A DNA stretch of 62,846 bases, counting the filler, from Gonapodya sp. JEL0774 (Eukaryota), in assembly GCA_027604505.1 (NCBI GenBank). It is 2 parts of 2 records of this genome, joined end to end, with 100 filler letters (N's around TTAATTAATTAA, not from the genome) between each part and the next. Parts side by side here need not be neighbours in the genome. Positions count along the whole stretch, not along the records: positions 31,525 to 62,846 come from JADIIX010000201.1; 1 more part is not named here. One strand, given 5' to 3'. The notes under the pieces are model-generated. The model saw only the letters and a program-made list of their open reading frames with translations, did not search any database and had not been told where the DNA came from. The position numbers and the translations under genes are program-made. Shown one piece after another: positions 48,508 through 62,743 of the stretch; position 1 is the first letter of the stretch; every line of letters begins with the position of its first letter.

Positions 48508-48766
48508 AATTGATGTTTTGTTCCATTCCATCGTTTGATAGTATTTGTAAATAAGTCTACCTGGTAAACCAACGTTATTGCTACCTGCAGTTGAAGCGCC
48601 GTTACATACTAATTCATTGCGGCGGTTGACTTCGCTCTGCATATATGGGGTGGATAATTGTTTGGCGAAGCCATCAAGATGTTCCAGATCAACCCCAATT
48701 CATTTCTTGCCGTCGTAGTTTAGCCCATCAGAGTGTTCCAACTGCATCCCCCATCAACATCAGAAT

Positions 48767-51700
48767 ATGGCTGCCTTTGACACCTTGAAGTCTTCTGCTC
48801 CAGCTCCAGTTGTGGGTTTGGTCCTCCCCAGTTTGCCTTTACTCCCCACGAACGAGCCAAATGTAGACAACGATGATAATGATGACGATTTTGTTGATGC
48901 AGAGGAAGGAGAAGAGGGAAATACCCCTGAAGTGGATGTATGGGCGAATGCCGATGCCAAAGAAGGTTGGGAAACTCCGGGCGATGGATCCATCGACGAC
49001 AACCTCAATACATGGCCGCAGGATGCATCTGAAGCAGCCGCATTGATTCAAAGGCTCGAAGCATCTCTTGAAAAGGATCTGACGGATGTGCAGCTGGCAG
49101 TTGATCTCTTTCTCGGTATGTCCTACGTCTCCCGCCTCACAACCACCATTCGCCGACGCGATTCGACAACTTGTTTGACATTCCTCACGCAGATTCAAGA
49201 TTTCAGGAAGCGGAAGATTTTTTGCAACCCAAGTTTGGGACAAATTTGTACTACACGTTGGGGTGGGAAGGACTTTCCTCACTCAGTGTCGTCCAGATTG
49301 TTGACCATGACCGTTTTGGTTAGAATTGCATTCCTGACTTTCTTGAAGGCGTCACTTACATGGTAATACTAATTCCTTGAGAGAGAAGGTTCTCTAGGTG
49401 GAATTTTCATTCCCGTTGTTGTATTTCGCTATAGGGATCCCACCGATGTCAGCCAAGCTCTGGATTCCATCAAAACCATCATCGCACTTTCCAACCGCCT
49501 TCGCCGGCGATCAAGTTCCATTACTTCCGTTCTCTCTTCAGTTCACAATTTTGTCAGACCAGGACAAGGGCTATCTTTCATGGAGATGTCCCCACTCCAA
49601 AAGCATGCGGAACTGGTTCATGCGGAAGCGTACCTAATGAAAGCGATCCTTTCTCTAGTCACCGATACAAATCTTGTTGCTTTCGTCAGAGAGGGAATTT
49701 CTATACGCAGCTCGTGAGTGGGTCTGCGAAATGATGGTTTCTCACAGCAGTTTACGTACGCTCTGCTGTGGTTGTGGCTTGCCTAAAAGCAGTTACGGTG
49801 TATATCGATCAGCCTGGCTGCATGTAGGGAATACTTCCTCCGAGAAATTAGACGACCACTTTGTATCAGGTGTGCTCCTCGGGATCGGGAGCTTCAACCT
49901 CGTGTTGTCGTTTCTCCCATCAAAGATCCTGCGGCTATTCGAAGTCATGTGAGTCTCGCCTGTGTAAGTGAGCCTGTGATCGTACGTGATGATCCGATGT
50001 CCCCAGTGGCTTTACTGGTGATCAAGAACTTGGGCTCAAATGCATTGAAATCGGTGCCGGTTTCGATCTCCCACAGCGCACATTGTACGGAAGCTACAAG
50101 AAGCAAAAGGGAGTTGCCCGGACCGTGACTGTAGGAAGACCCTCGGTTACACCGGAAAGGAACGCTGACGAAAGCGATAATGGATCTCCAATATCACCGG
50201 CCCAATCTCCTGCGATTGGGACTGCGTCCCTGGATAAACCCAAGGGACGTCTCAGCGTGTTCAAGGGAGCTCTTTCGACGGTAGTCAAATCAACCGTCGG
50301 GCGGGTCTCGTCCCCTTCGGGGATTTCACCCTCAAATCTGGTAGCCGGAATTGAAAGCGACGGCTTTCCTGTATCTACCCCAAAGAAGGGTATCCGAAGT
50401 TTCCTTTGTGGGCTCTCTCTAGCTGGGTTTCACGCCATTTTGCCCAACGCGGTGCCAATGGCGAATGGTGATCCGGATCTTGCCAGTAAGTTTCAAGGCC
50501 CCTTCTGTCAAGGGATTATCATCTCTGCTTTGGTTGCTCAAAATAGTTATGTGGCGTGGTGAACACCTTATTACCCGCAGCTCTGATCCTTGACCGCTGC
50601 CTCGCCGATTACCCCAACTCGACCTATCATCGTCTCCTTCAAGCGCGTCATCTCACAATGCATTCTGGTGAGCCTGATGTGGCCGCACAATGTTATCTTG
50701 CGCTTCTTTCGACCCCCATCCAGTGGCGCACTCTGCATCATATCGCGTATTGGGATCTCGCTCATTTGCACGCCGTGAGGCATGAATGGGCAAAGGCCCA
50801 AGACCTGTATGGAATATTGTTCAAGGAGAGTAGGTGGAGTCCTACGATTTACTTGTACGCGAGAGGCGTTTGTATGGGCATGGAGGGGAAATGGTCCGAG
50901 GCTGTCGAATTGCTTTCGGGAATTGAAGGAAAAATGCAAAGGATTGCGGGGAAGCGGATACCCCTTGAGGTGTGTATAGCGCGAGGCCGTATTTGAAGAT
51001 CCGTTCCAGTGTCTTGATTTTTGTGTCGACGGGCTTATCAAGAAATTTGTAGCAAGGAAAGTCCGCAAAATGCAGCAGCAAGGTGGCCGACTCACTCTTC
51101 CGGCGTTGGAATTTTACTATATGTGTGGGTTTCTCTTAAGTTTTGACTCCTAGTGGACCACTGAAAGTCCGGAGCGTCGTCGTTTAGTTGGATATTTTTG
51201 CATCTCTGCGACTGCGGACCTGCTTAAATCTCTTTCAATAATCAATGCTGAGTTGCTGGTCATGAGGAACGAGGCGCCGGCAGAGCTGTGGCGCCGAATC
51301 GAGGAGCTTGGGGCGGATGCACGCATTTTGGTGGACGACTCGGACGAAGGCGATGGAGGGGAAGCGTCGAACACATTTTTTGAATCGAAACCTGGGAAGT
51401 CGACTGCGCTAAGAGAAAATTGGTGGGACGATTTGGCTTTACGTGAGTTGATATGTGCATGTTGGTGGGAGATTTCTTCCTGTTGTAGCATTTGTAATCT
51501 GTTCCCTGCAACGTTCAGTGTATTTCCTCCGTGGAGTTACCCTACGGGAGCTGTCACTACCCACACGTCTTCTCACAAAACCCGTTGCGCCGGCTACAAT
51601 TTCATCATCGCCGATTCCCTCCACCGAGTTCCCGCCTCCCAAACCCACACCGCAGACACCATCTTCCACTGCCATCCCTGCTTCTTCGACAATTCCTGAT

Positions 51701-52027
51701 GCAATGGCTGATTTCGCGACTGTGGCAGGTATTGCGCACCTCATTCGCCTAGATCACTATCTTCTACCATTTGCCCAGTATGAGCTCGGTAATCTATTCA
51801 GCGGCCTTGGTTACTACAATCGGGCGAGAGGACAGTTCGAGCTAGCCAAATGTGGAGGTTTCAAGGAAAAAGACGCGAAGAAGCGTGGTTGGAAAGTTGG
51901 GAAGTATGGTGATGGTGCCAAACATTCCAATGATTCGTGGCTGTCCCTGCGTCTTCACAACGCGCTGGAGAAGCTCAACGTTGCGGAGAGGGTGAGAACT
52001 GGGGTTCTTGCAGGAGAACTAAGTTGA
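48767..52027 (+). CDS. IML2: Iml2/TTC39 family TPR-like protein
   Basis: AVDLFL-DSRFQEAE, HAELVHAEAYLMKAILS, FVREGISIRSS, FVSGVLLGIGSFNLVLSFLPSKILRLFE, GFTGD, ESRWSPTIYLY, RIAGKRIPLEKF, HYLLPFAQYELG and LRLHNA. Confidence 0.9.
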
Positions 52028-52232
52028 TCAACACCAATGTACCACTCAGCATGTAAATACAGAAGCCTGAGGTGACGTGGTTATCGTTGAATGCAGCGAC
52101 GTGTTCAACTGACGCCAAGGCTGGCTGGGCAAGGCCACAGAGAACGGAAGCAATATTTTAGGTATTTACAGAAATGCTCCCACGCAGAAAAGAAGTTAAA
52201 GCCAATTTCACACACTCAACAGGAAATCCGCA

Positions 52233-54550
52233 ATGATGGCAAACGCCAGTGAAGCCCCACTTTCAAACGATGTTCGCGTGAACGGTCACCCAAGCCCTAA
52301 GAGGTTGTCTGCTGATCCTCTGCCTCCTCTCTCTGTCAGACTGCGAGAAGTTGTATCTGCTTACATTCCAGTCTCGCTCCTTTCGTTTGGAGGTGGCCAG
52401 GTATGGGTTGTCTTCCGTTTTCTAGGCATCAACGATTGGTGCTCACCTCCTTGCACCAAAAGGCAGGAATCGCGATGTACTTCGAATTTTTTGTTGAGAA
52501 AAAGGCTTGGCTAACAGAACAAGAGTTTTTAGAGGTGCGGTTTGTGATTTTGACATCCCGGAATGTCACCTTCAACGAGATTATTGAATTTGTCAGATTT
52601 ATAGTGTCATCCAGCTCATTCCGGGACCTGGAAATGCACAGACATCATACGCCATAGCAATGGTTCGCGATGGTGTGCTTTGTGGAATCATTGCATTCTT
52701 CATTCTTTGGTATGAGCATCGGCCACACTCTTCTCCAATCACTGCTTTGAGCGTTTCTTTATTGTTGTTGTCGCTCAGTGTCCCTTGCATGACCATTCTT
52801 ATTACTGTTGGCTATGTCATAGGCTCTACGGGTGGCTCGCTTCCTGGTCAGTAGAGTCTGCAAGCCTCATTCACATGGACCCTTCACATCAACCTCGTTG
52901 CACACTTCAGGCTGGCTTCAAAGTTTCAACAATGCAGTGTGTAGTGCTGTTGTTGGTCTCGTTTTATCTGCGGGATTCAAATGTGGGTAAGTTCCGCTGT
53001 GAACTTTGCTTTCCCATATCCAATGAGTCTGCTCTCGTTCCCAGTGTCGAAAAAAGGCACCCCAGACAAGCTCACGACTGCAATTGCTACGATCGGTTTT
53101 GTTTTCATCGTGGTAGCTCCTCGAGCCCCCTATGTGTACGCTATTCAAATCGTTGCGGGTGGATTAGTGACGTATTGCTGGGACCTTGTGCAGAATTGGT
53201 GGAAGGGGTTCCGCTCTACTCCTGCAGGTTTGCGACTACGTTTCATTGCACGAAGGGTTCGAAGGAAGCAGACAGCAAAATCAATTTCTCGTGATGAACG
53301 ATCGGCGACTAAAGTCGTTTCTCTTCATGTCTCGGAAGAATCAGAAATGGAAGAGGGGGAGCGTCTAACAAACGCTGCACGAGGACACAATCAAGACGTT
53401 GGTCTTGTAGGGAAAGAAGTGGACAACGGTAACGCGACCGGTATAAACGGGATGTCTGGCGTGAGCGATAATGGTGTTGAAAACACAGAAGGAGGAGGAA
53501 TGCGTATGCGGACAGTTCCTCAAAGAACTAGTATCGATGATTCTGAGGATCTTCGAGCAGACACGGTTGATACGGGAACCATTCACCTCCCTCCAACATC
53601 TGCCGAACCAGACGCTGTCAGCACGAGTCGCATGCGGTTTGTCACCCTTCCTCGCCACATTGGTTTTCTCTTGGTGTTTGTCTGGCCGCTTTGTCTTGTT
53701 CTCAGCTTGCTACTCAAAGAGCTCATAACTGATCGCTCGCTCATACTGGACATCGTTGTGATCTCTTTACTCACGGGTAGTCTCGCCTACGGTGGTGCCG
53801 GTGCTATTATCACCATAATGCAACCACTAGCAACAGCTCAGTGAGTGTCAGATCTGTCTAGGAACGCGAATCAGATCAATGAAGCCATTGCTAACATTCG
53901 TTCTATTTCATCTGAATCGCAAGCTGGATGACGAACGCGCAGTTTCTTATCGGCTACGCTCTGGTCAATGTCATTCCAGGCCCGAATCTCACTCTTGCCG
54001 GTTATGTAGGAACCGTCGCTTTTCGCTCGACATCATCCTCACCTGGCCTCGCCGTGTTGTTCGGTCTGCTTGCGTGGTTTCTGGCGTTCGTTCCTGGCCT
54101 GTCTCTCGCTACGGGCGTCTTCTCCTTTTGGAAATCACTCCGGGAACTATCGTGGATACGGAGCATGATGCGAGGGGTCAAATCTTCTGGCGTGGCACAA
54201 GTGTTTGGCGGAGCATATTACTTGGGTGCGACGTGTATTTTGGGAAGAAGTAACGGAGCGTCTCTTGCGGATTACCCCTTTTACATCGTGAGTCACCCGC
54301 TCTTATCATTTTTGGCCGTGGTTTGAGCGAGTCAATTTGGATTCTTTCAAAAAAGTCCATCACCGTGGTCGCCTTCATACTCACCCACAAGTATAACGTT
54401 TCGGCTCCCTTTGCAATTCTCCTTGGCGGGTAAGTTTAAAATAATGTCTCTTTCACATTCGTAACGGCTCATCTTTCTGGCGGTAATTGGCTGCTATTCA
54501 AAACCAAAAACAGCTTCGTCGGGATTCTGGAGTGGGTGACAAGTCGATAA
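52233..54550 (+). CDS. Chromate ion transporter (CHR family, long two-domain form)
   Basis: Two homologous halves: SFGGGQ...FVEKKAWLTEQEF...LIPGP and AYGGAG...WMTNAQFLIGYALVNVIPGPN, separated by a hydrophilic loop. Confidence 0.9.
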
Positions 54551-55002
54551 CATGGCGCAGATACATTAGTCGCCTTGTGCCGCATTCACCACATGAGAAT
54601 CCGCACTGAGCAATCGAAATGCCTCCCAACTGCTTGACGACCGGAGCTTGCAGTCGGATTGAAATGTAGGGTATCTCATTGTGTGGGTAATCATAAGTTA
54701 GTTTATGAAAATACCAAGTAGACCGGAGTGATACATCACTAATACACCACTTTTCACTAATTTAACAATAATTGTACGTACAGCATATGTGAAGAGAACT
54801 TGGAATTCGAATGATGTCGTTCGTTCCATGGGGTCGCATGCAGGTGCCCACAGTACCATGAGCAAGAAATGGGGTACAAACCGAGGAGAGAGGTCTCACG
54901 ATATTCATCTCAAAGAGACTCCATGGAGGAGTTTTGTGCCTCGAGATGCTAAACAAAGTTCGGTGTGAGCCATGCGAGCTCTTTGACAACTACCCTCAGT
55001 CT

Positions 55003-56300
55003 TCATCCACTCGCTGCTGCCGATCCAAAGCGATGGAGCTGTTCCTCCTGTTCGAGTTCATTCTTGCATCCGGTGCAGACCTTGGTCTCCACGCCTTGCT
55101 CTCTATCTAGAGAGCTGTCTAGCAGAGACAACGGTAGACCCGTGATATGATGAGAACAGAATATTCGGAAACATCTGATGTTATCGTCACATAGAAGTTG
55201 AAAACTGCCGGGTTTTAAGGGACTCTATCTGGATCACCTACCTCCTGCAATGATGTCTCCTAACTAATATCCCAAAGCGCTGCGCACAACATGTATCCAT
55301 GCAACGAATTGCTGATGAGTCGGGGACCCATCTGTGCTCAGTGATTTCGCGATGTGCGTCGAAAAGTGAAATGCGGGACAAACGTCGCGAAGATAGTGAG
55401 ACTGGAGCGTTGAGTCCAAAAACGAGCTATTGTTAGCAAATTGCATGGGAGGGCTCAACACGCAAAAGTGTCTATCTTTGGCACACTTACGTCGCCGGAG
55501 CCTGTAACCGCGCTCGTCCATTATTGATCGAAGTTCCCCAACAGTGTCGTGAAGCTGTCAAGACACCAAAAGGTCAATAGCAACTTTAAAAGATGGAGCT
55601 TTCTCGGCCCGACAACCTATAAGTCCATGCTCAGGATTGCTGCTCACTGGCTGCTTGGCCTTTTCGCTCTCGTATGTTTCAGGCGTTACGCACCTTTTTG
55701 GGTACTTCATTGCCACTGTGAGTACTTGCCTCAACAAGCCCACGTTGTCCCTCTAGCAGGGCTACTCTTTTCTCCTTCTCGATAAGGGCTTGCTTCGCGC
55801 CACGGAGCGCTTCACGTTGGCGAATAATGCATGTGTTTGCCTCGTTGAGCTGGGCGGTGAGGAGAGTGGTGTCCCGGATGAGGGCGGACAAGACTGAATG
55901 CTGTGACTAAATTGTCGGTAGTAGTTTGTTAGATAAGTGGGGTGCTGTTCCGCGATCCGGTCACCCCATTCCCTGCAAGTGGTCGCCCCAATCCCAAGAC
56001 TGAAACAAACCTTCCAATGATGCTCCATCTCTTTGAGGGCCGCCATTTCTTTTTCTTTGATAGAAAGCACCTGCCTCAGCGATTCCTCCTGTCGTGATTT
56101 CGATGCAAGCCTCAATATGGTTTCGCCCAGACGCCGCTCCAAGTTTTCAATGTCCTCTTCATATTTCTCCACTGCGGAGAGCGCTGTGGCAAGAGAAGAA
56201 CACAAGTCGATGTTGGGAGCCTCTGGGGAGGAGAGCAGGGCCTAATTGACGAGAATCAATTGTTCAAAGTCTCCCGATTTCGTTCGAACAACAAACATCA
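55003..56300 (-). CDS. Hypothetical coiled-coil protein (boundaries uncertain)
   Basis: Heptad-rich exons (AVEKYEEDIENLERRLGETILRL; LTAQLNEANTCIIRQREAL) on the minus strand with plausible splice sites; no family recognised. Confidence 0.5.
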
Positions 56301-56863
56301 ATGGTGTCCATGATGAATAAGTCGAGCAAAGCGACAGACTGACACTTTCAGGAATTGTGCTTGCAACTATGGAGGAGACGCCGCTTGCGCACCTGAATCG
56401 CTTTCGCTCGCGTTTCGATTACCGGAAGTTCCCCATCCCACATACTATCGCCCTGCACGGAAGAAATAAATACGTCGCATTAGAGCTAGTTATAAAATAC
56501 TTCATTTCATCGAAACAGCTTAGCATCCGACCGCAAGTCTGCGTCTGTCGACATGACATTCGGGCGTTTGTCAATCAATCACCTCCAAAAACACTGACAT
56601 TTGTGGTTGTCGTTAGCGTTCGCGATGACGCATCGAGGTCGATGGTCCCCTTTCGTAGGGACATTTGGTTTGAGCTGTCACTTATTCGCTGTTCTGCTCA
56701 CTCGATTATCTATCACTTTAATAATAATATTGCCAACCAACAAATATGCTCCCAACAATTTTGATTCAAAATGCATGCAATAATATGTACGGTAAAACAG
56801 GACATATGTATAGCGTGAAAGGCAAACGCCATTAATCAAAATTGGCTAGAGAGTGGAAAGATC

Positions 56864-59757
56864 TCATTGGAGAGGCAATACATCGCCACCTGTCCAGCTC
56901 AAAAACGCTGAGTCGGAATCTTGTCCGAGATTGTCAGGCAACGTCCACTCCGGTGTTGCAAAATTTGGCAGTCCGCAGGATTGGTTCATAGATCTGCGCC
57001 AATGCTCGCCTAACTGATTGAACGGGGATTCCCCATTGCACCCAAGCAGGCCGTGCTGAGAGGAATCTATAGAATCAAAGGAACTTCTTTCAATGAGCTT
57101 ATTTGTTGCGTTGAAGTGATTGCGCACGGCGAAAGTCAATCCCTCTTGATCAGATCCCATCCCGATCATCCGTTGCAAAAACGATGCTGACGAACGGAGT
57201 CCGTCATGTGACTCTAGAGGTACAGATCCGGGAGGGGAGGAAACGGCCATCCAGTCATTTGGAGTGGACAAATTAGCTCCCTCCACTGATTGATTGCCTC
57301 CGAACATATTCGATGTGGAATTTGCAAGGCTGCCAGTTACCTCCGAGATCCCAGGTGGTGTAGCAGTAATACTTCTTTTGCGACGCTTTGGTGCCGGTGG
57401 GTTCATTGGTGTAGGGATTTGCTGCGCGGAAGGTCATCGCTCACTGCCGACCGGTCAAGCATGACAACAACCTTACTTTTCTCAGCTTTCTCTTTACTGA
57501 TGCGTCATCCCCTACCAGCTGCGGAGTCCCCATTGTTCGAAGTCCTGACGTTGTTCGACGCTCGCCCCGGTGAATCCGCTCCTCGTCTGGTAGGCCTGGG
57601 GCACTCGGCTCTGCACCCTGACCTACCTCTTCCTCAAAATGATTGTGGCCCGGGAACATGTGTTGGGCTTCCTGATGATGACGGTTATCTGGGACTGTCT
57701 GAGATTTGTGATTTTGAGACATAGTTTGTGGGGTAGACTCGAAGCTTCCTGCAGAAGAAGCAGATTGTGATGCCTTGATGTCGCGAACGGCACTACATTG
57801 GTCGTGCTGATGACGAATTCCGAAGTACTGAGACCACTTAGACGCGAGAACGCCACAGGGTTGTTCTGGAGAGGACATAGAGGGGAAAGCTACAACAGTT
57901 GTTTGGACTGTTAGTTAATACGCTTATGTGAAATTCAATGATTAAGACTCACAACGGATATCTGTGCGCATGGCTTCCGCCAAATGTTGAGCGGACATCA
58001 TCATGCCATGGTGAATTAAGTAGTAAAGAACATGGGCATCAAGGCTGAAAATCGATGTCTGTATCAGAACATAGAAGTAGACAACGCAGATAGTAGAAGA
58101 AGAAAAGTCAGGGCTCACTTCGCCATTTCGACCTCTTTTTGGACGTGCACACCTATGCCTCCCGTAGATGGTTGCTGACGACCAAGTTGAATGAGAGAGT
58201 GCGTTGGAGAAGGTTCGACACCGTCTGTGGCACCAAAACTTGCAAAAACGACACCAGGTTGTGTCAACAGGGCTCTCGTCGCGTTGGCAGTCTCTATAGG
58301 ATTGATTGGTCCAGACGAAACGCTTGAGAATACAGACGACCCAACCGTTTGGGTGGGAGTTTGAGCGGCACCCCGCTGCGCTTCTAGCTGCGTACCAAGA
58401 GGGAACGTCGTTACGGAGGGGAGTGCGGTGGGCCGATTAATGGAGACGGTCGTGTGCAGAGTTCGGTCTGCGGTGCCTGCCGATCCCGGTACCTCGACGG
58501 ACTTCTCGCCCTTGCGTCGTTGTTCTATCTCCTTCATTCTGCTCATTGCAGCGCGTTGAACGATCTGTGCTGCAATGAGGTTCTGTCGAATGATGTCAGC
58601 ACCGGGCCAGGTCTGTGGTGGTTCGGAGAAAATGGAGGGAGTTACGTTGGGGCCGAGGGAGGGAATCGAGAGCCGCCGTTTCTCTGGAGTAACGTGGTGA
58701 TTTGCGGGGGCGGTGAAACCTGGAATCCCCGGGGGAAGAGGGGTGGGTGCTGTGAAACGAGCAGTGCTGCCTGTGGCGGGAATCCCAGCATATAGGTGGT
58801 GGTAAACTTGATAATTGATTTCGAGACTGTTGAAGACTCGTTTAACCCACCATTGAATCCACTAGATGGCCTTGACATTTCGAGGTCTGCGTTGGGTTGT
58901 GAAACGATTGCGAGTGGAGAGTTCATGTGCGACGTCGAGTAGTCCCCAAACGTTGTTGCGACTTGGCGCTGGGACGCTGATTGACGATCGAAGTGTCCAC
59001 CAGAGTAGTGCCCAAATGGGCTGCTCTGATCGTACCCGTGGACCCCAAGTTGTTGGGCTGTCCCAGATATTGGCAGGCCAATGTGTTCAAACTGTCGCTG
59101 GAATTGGTTGGGATTTTCGTCCGACGATCCAGACCCACCCATCACTCCGCCCATCGCCTGATGCCGAAGAACCCGATTGGTATAAACGTTACCTGACTGA
59201 TTGAAAAGTCCCGCTGACTGGATCGCGACCTGGGGAGACTGCGTCGCATGTGCATCCATGTGGCGCAGGTCGAGGCGGGCCCCAGCGTTGGAAAACTGAT
59301 GAGCACCTGTACTGTAATAGTGCAGACCAAGGTTCTCGGCGCTCACAAATTCGTTTTGTGGATATGTGTCTATCACTGCCAACGAATGGCCACTTCCGCG
59401 CTCGATCGATACTTCCGCAAATGCGGACGACTCGTGTGATATTGATTGGGTATTTGAACCAACGAACGATTGGGGAACAGAAAGGCCAATGTGGGATGAT
59501 GTGCCTCCATTGATTCCGGTCATACCAACATTATGACCAATTGTAGAACGTCCCGCAACCTGAACGGCAAAGTCCACTGGTATCACGTGATCGTCCGTGA
59601 ATTGTTCTCGGTTAATAATGCCAGTGAGAGGTGGTTCGCTCACTTCACTCAAATTGTGCGTCGTCAAATTCCCAAATGAGTTGCGGAGATAAAAAGAGCT
59701 CCGTAGAATGTTTTGAGATTCGTTGCCCAATTGCTGCTTATTGCTGCTATCCAACAT
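56864..59757 (-). CDS. S/Q/G-rich protein with an internal LisH/LUFS-like domain (Flo8/SSDP/LEUNIG-like regulator)
   Basis: Spliced MANLDAHVLYYLIHHGMMMSAQHLAEAMRTDIRSFPSMSSPEQPCGVLASKWSQYF; basic NLS-like PAPKRRKR; otherwise low complexity. Confidence 0.6.
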
Positions 59758-60462
59758 CAATCTTCAAGTGATCCCCAATATGGAGTGCTCCAGAGTTGTC
59801 CGATCGCCACTAATCAAACAAGTTGCCACTCTGTACAGTCTGACCTGAAAATTGCTGATGAATCGATTCACGGTTGATACAAAACCTCCTCTGGGAGGCC
59901 TCCAGTGTCCAGGGCGATGTCCGCGCAAGCCAGCCCAGACAAAGCGTTTATGGAAGCTGTCTGCAAATTTTGCGTTTATGACCGAGGACCGTTGATTTCG
60001 CAATGGAGCCTTAGTCCAAAAGTCTAAGTGGCAAAGATTGGAGCTTTGGATTAGTCCTTGGGCTGCGGTGCTGGCGGATGACTTCCAGTAGCACTGATGC
60101 AAACCTGACATTCGGCATTGATTGACGCCCCTCCACCCTTCATTCCTCAACACAAAGCCCACGCCTCGGCATACAAATGAAATTTTACAAGTGCGCAATA
60201 TATTATGAATCAATCATATCGGGAACTCCAAATGACAGAAGTCATCTAACGGTCAGTTCTCATGCATACTTCTCCCGAAACGACTTTTGGGAACGTTTTA
60301 GAATGAGCTGTTTAGTTTTGACCTCAGTTATGTGCACATGATCCGGCACCAACCACAAGATTGGAACGGGAGGCATCGGAGAAACCTCAAAGTTAGAAAC
60401 AGTCGAACCAGAGCCTGACTTTTCCCAGGTGGAAGGTCAGTTGTTCTCTGTACCATCCGGCA

Positions 60463-62743
60463 ATGGCTCTTCAACTGGAGCAGAGTCCGAGGGCAGTCCG
60501 GTACAGCCATGTCAAGCAAAGTCGAGCGCACCTACAAGGAACTGCGAGAAGACCACGCCAGGCCGCTTCAAATAGATACGGATGCTCCCGGAGTGCTGAC
60601 TGTGCTTATGGATTAGTTTGTGAATCCCGTGAGTCGTGTTACATGTGTTCAGTATTGATGGCTGGTTGGCATGGCTCTCTCTTTTTGTCCTCAGGGGTTT
60701 GTATACCTTGGAAGAATGTGAAAACAACCCCCTCTACAAGCACTTTGGGCTATGGATCTTATGGAACTCCGTGCTTAGATGCTGCAGGTTGCGCGGGGGA
60801 CCTCATCTGCTCTGTGCAAGGTATTCAGTTTTACGAACGAGGCGAAGATGAGGATCCTTGTTGTGCATCCAATCACTCATAGGCGGTGTCTTCAAACACT
60901 GTAGGTGCATGTGATTGTCCCCTTGGGAGCAGTCTCGTACAGGGAGCGGTTTATGCTTGCCAGAACGCCACCACCGCGACTGCGAGGTCCTCCACGGTTT
61001 CGAGCGGGCCTGTCACAGGACGCATGTCCAATAGCGAGCCCTCCGTGACAGCTGTAACGGACTCCTCGCCGGTCACTGACCCCGCGCGCAGTTTGGGTGG
61101 TTTGGGTGGGTGATTCCTCCCTTATGACACCTAACGTGCAGAGACCTTCTCACAATTGTATACAATAGGCACCCCAATCGTCACCCCCAGTGGTCTATTG
61201 ACCAAAACTGTACAAACATTTCAACCGACGGCTCTGATGGTCCCATCAACAACCCTCATATCCTCTCCTATCACAACAACCATCGCTTCCCAGGAGATCG
61301 CCAATACTGCTGTTCCAGCGAACTCCCCAAGCGATTTCGCAGGCGCTTCTTTTTCGTGAGCAAAAGAGTTTCCTCGTTCTGTGTAATTTGGTGGCTCATT
61401 GGGACTCGCTGTTTCCAGACCGTCTTCAAATATTTTAGTACCCATACTCTCCGCCATTGTGGCAATACTTGCATTTCTGATATCTATAATTGCTGTGATG
61501 TGGTTGCGACGTCGGTCGAAAACGAAGCGAAAACCTGACGAGACGATAAGAGACAGCGGCATAAACATGGAAAGTTCCTTTGACTCACTGGGTGGAAGTG
61601 CAATGTTGGAAACGACTGCCTCAGGGATCACACCGACCAAAGACATAGGATTGAAGCAAATGGATGCGCCGCGGTGAGTTTTATCGCATTACAGGAGCTT
61701 GTAACAATCACATTCGTCAAATTTTTTAAACCACATTTTCAGTTTGATCCAGGGATTTGGAATTCTGTTTCCTCCCACGGTCCCCCCGGCATCTCCACCG
61801 CCGCATCCACTTGGTCAATGGCGACGGGTTCGTTCTTTGCACAAAAAGGGGTTGGTGGAGTGTTTCTCAAATGCTTTGCTTCATGCAGCCAGCATCGCCA
61901 TTCAACGAAAATACGTCTTTTATCCCGTACTCTGGCGCCCCTGCTCTTGTGATTGCTGAGGTGTGTGAAGTTCAGAGAAACCTGGCACTTGTCAACGGAC
62001 GATGGATTGTCCCATCAATGTCATTCCTCACGTTTTGTTTTCCTCTTTCGGTTGCGCACATCTGCACAGCATACTCCGAGATCTCGCAGCGAAATCGAGC
62101 TCTGTCTGGGTGAGCGCTTTGATCTCAAGGAGCTCTCTCGTGATGGGCGCTGGGGTCGTGGATTGAGTGAGTCCTAGTTAGCACCATGCTAACCAGTGAA
62201 ACGAAGATCCTCAGTTTTTGTATTTTCCTTGCGCCGGGTTTTCCAGACCTAACCAGTGGTGCCACTGGCGCTGTCCCCGTCAGTGCGCTTTTCCTTAACC
62301 AAATCAATCCGACACAATCAGTAGCACCTTCTGCCGACTTCAGCACCTTGAATCAAGTTGATCTTAACGCTTCTGATAATTTTTCTGTCTCACGCTCCTC
62401 TCGGCGGACCGAGAGCTCTCTGGCTCTTTTCCCTGCTCCAGCGGTTTCACGCAGACCAGGCGGTGGGAGTGTGCGAAGTACTGACGCCTCAAAGATGAAG
62501 CCATCGCCGCCCACGACCTTTCTCCGTAGAAATCCAACGGGTGTCTCGGAGTTCTCGGTAAGCGGTTGGTTCCTGACACGCCACTTTTGATCGCTTGCTG
62601 ATGTCACGCGGCGACAGCTTGCTACTCCTCCAAGCGTAGACTCGATGGAAATTTCGAGCCCCAAGGAAGTTGACGAACTTCGCGTTGCAGAACTTGTCGC
62701 TACGCCAAGGCGGAGCAACGAATTTGTTATCGACACTGTCTAA
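60463..62743 (+). CDS. Single-pass membrane protein: Cys-rich ectodomain, S/T-rich stalk, TM, cytoplasmic degenerate SH3 (start uncertain)
   Basis: Cys motifs GCSRSADCAYGLVC and PCLDAAGCAGDLIC; TM ILVPILSAIVAILAFLISIIAVMWL followed by RRRSKTKRK; spliced SH3-like ALVIAEHTPRSRSEIELCLGERFDLKELSRDGRWGRGLNLTSGATGAVPVSAL. Confidence 0.65.
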
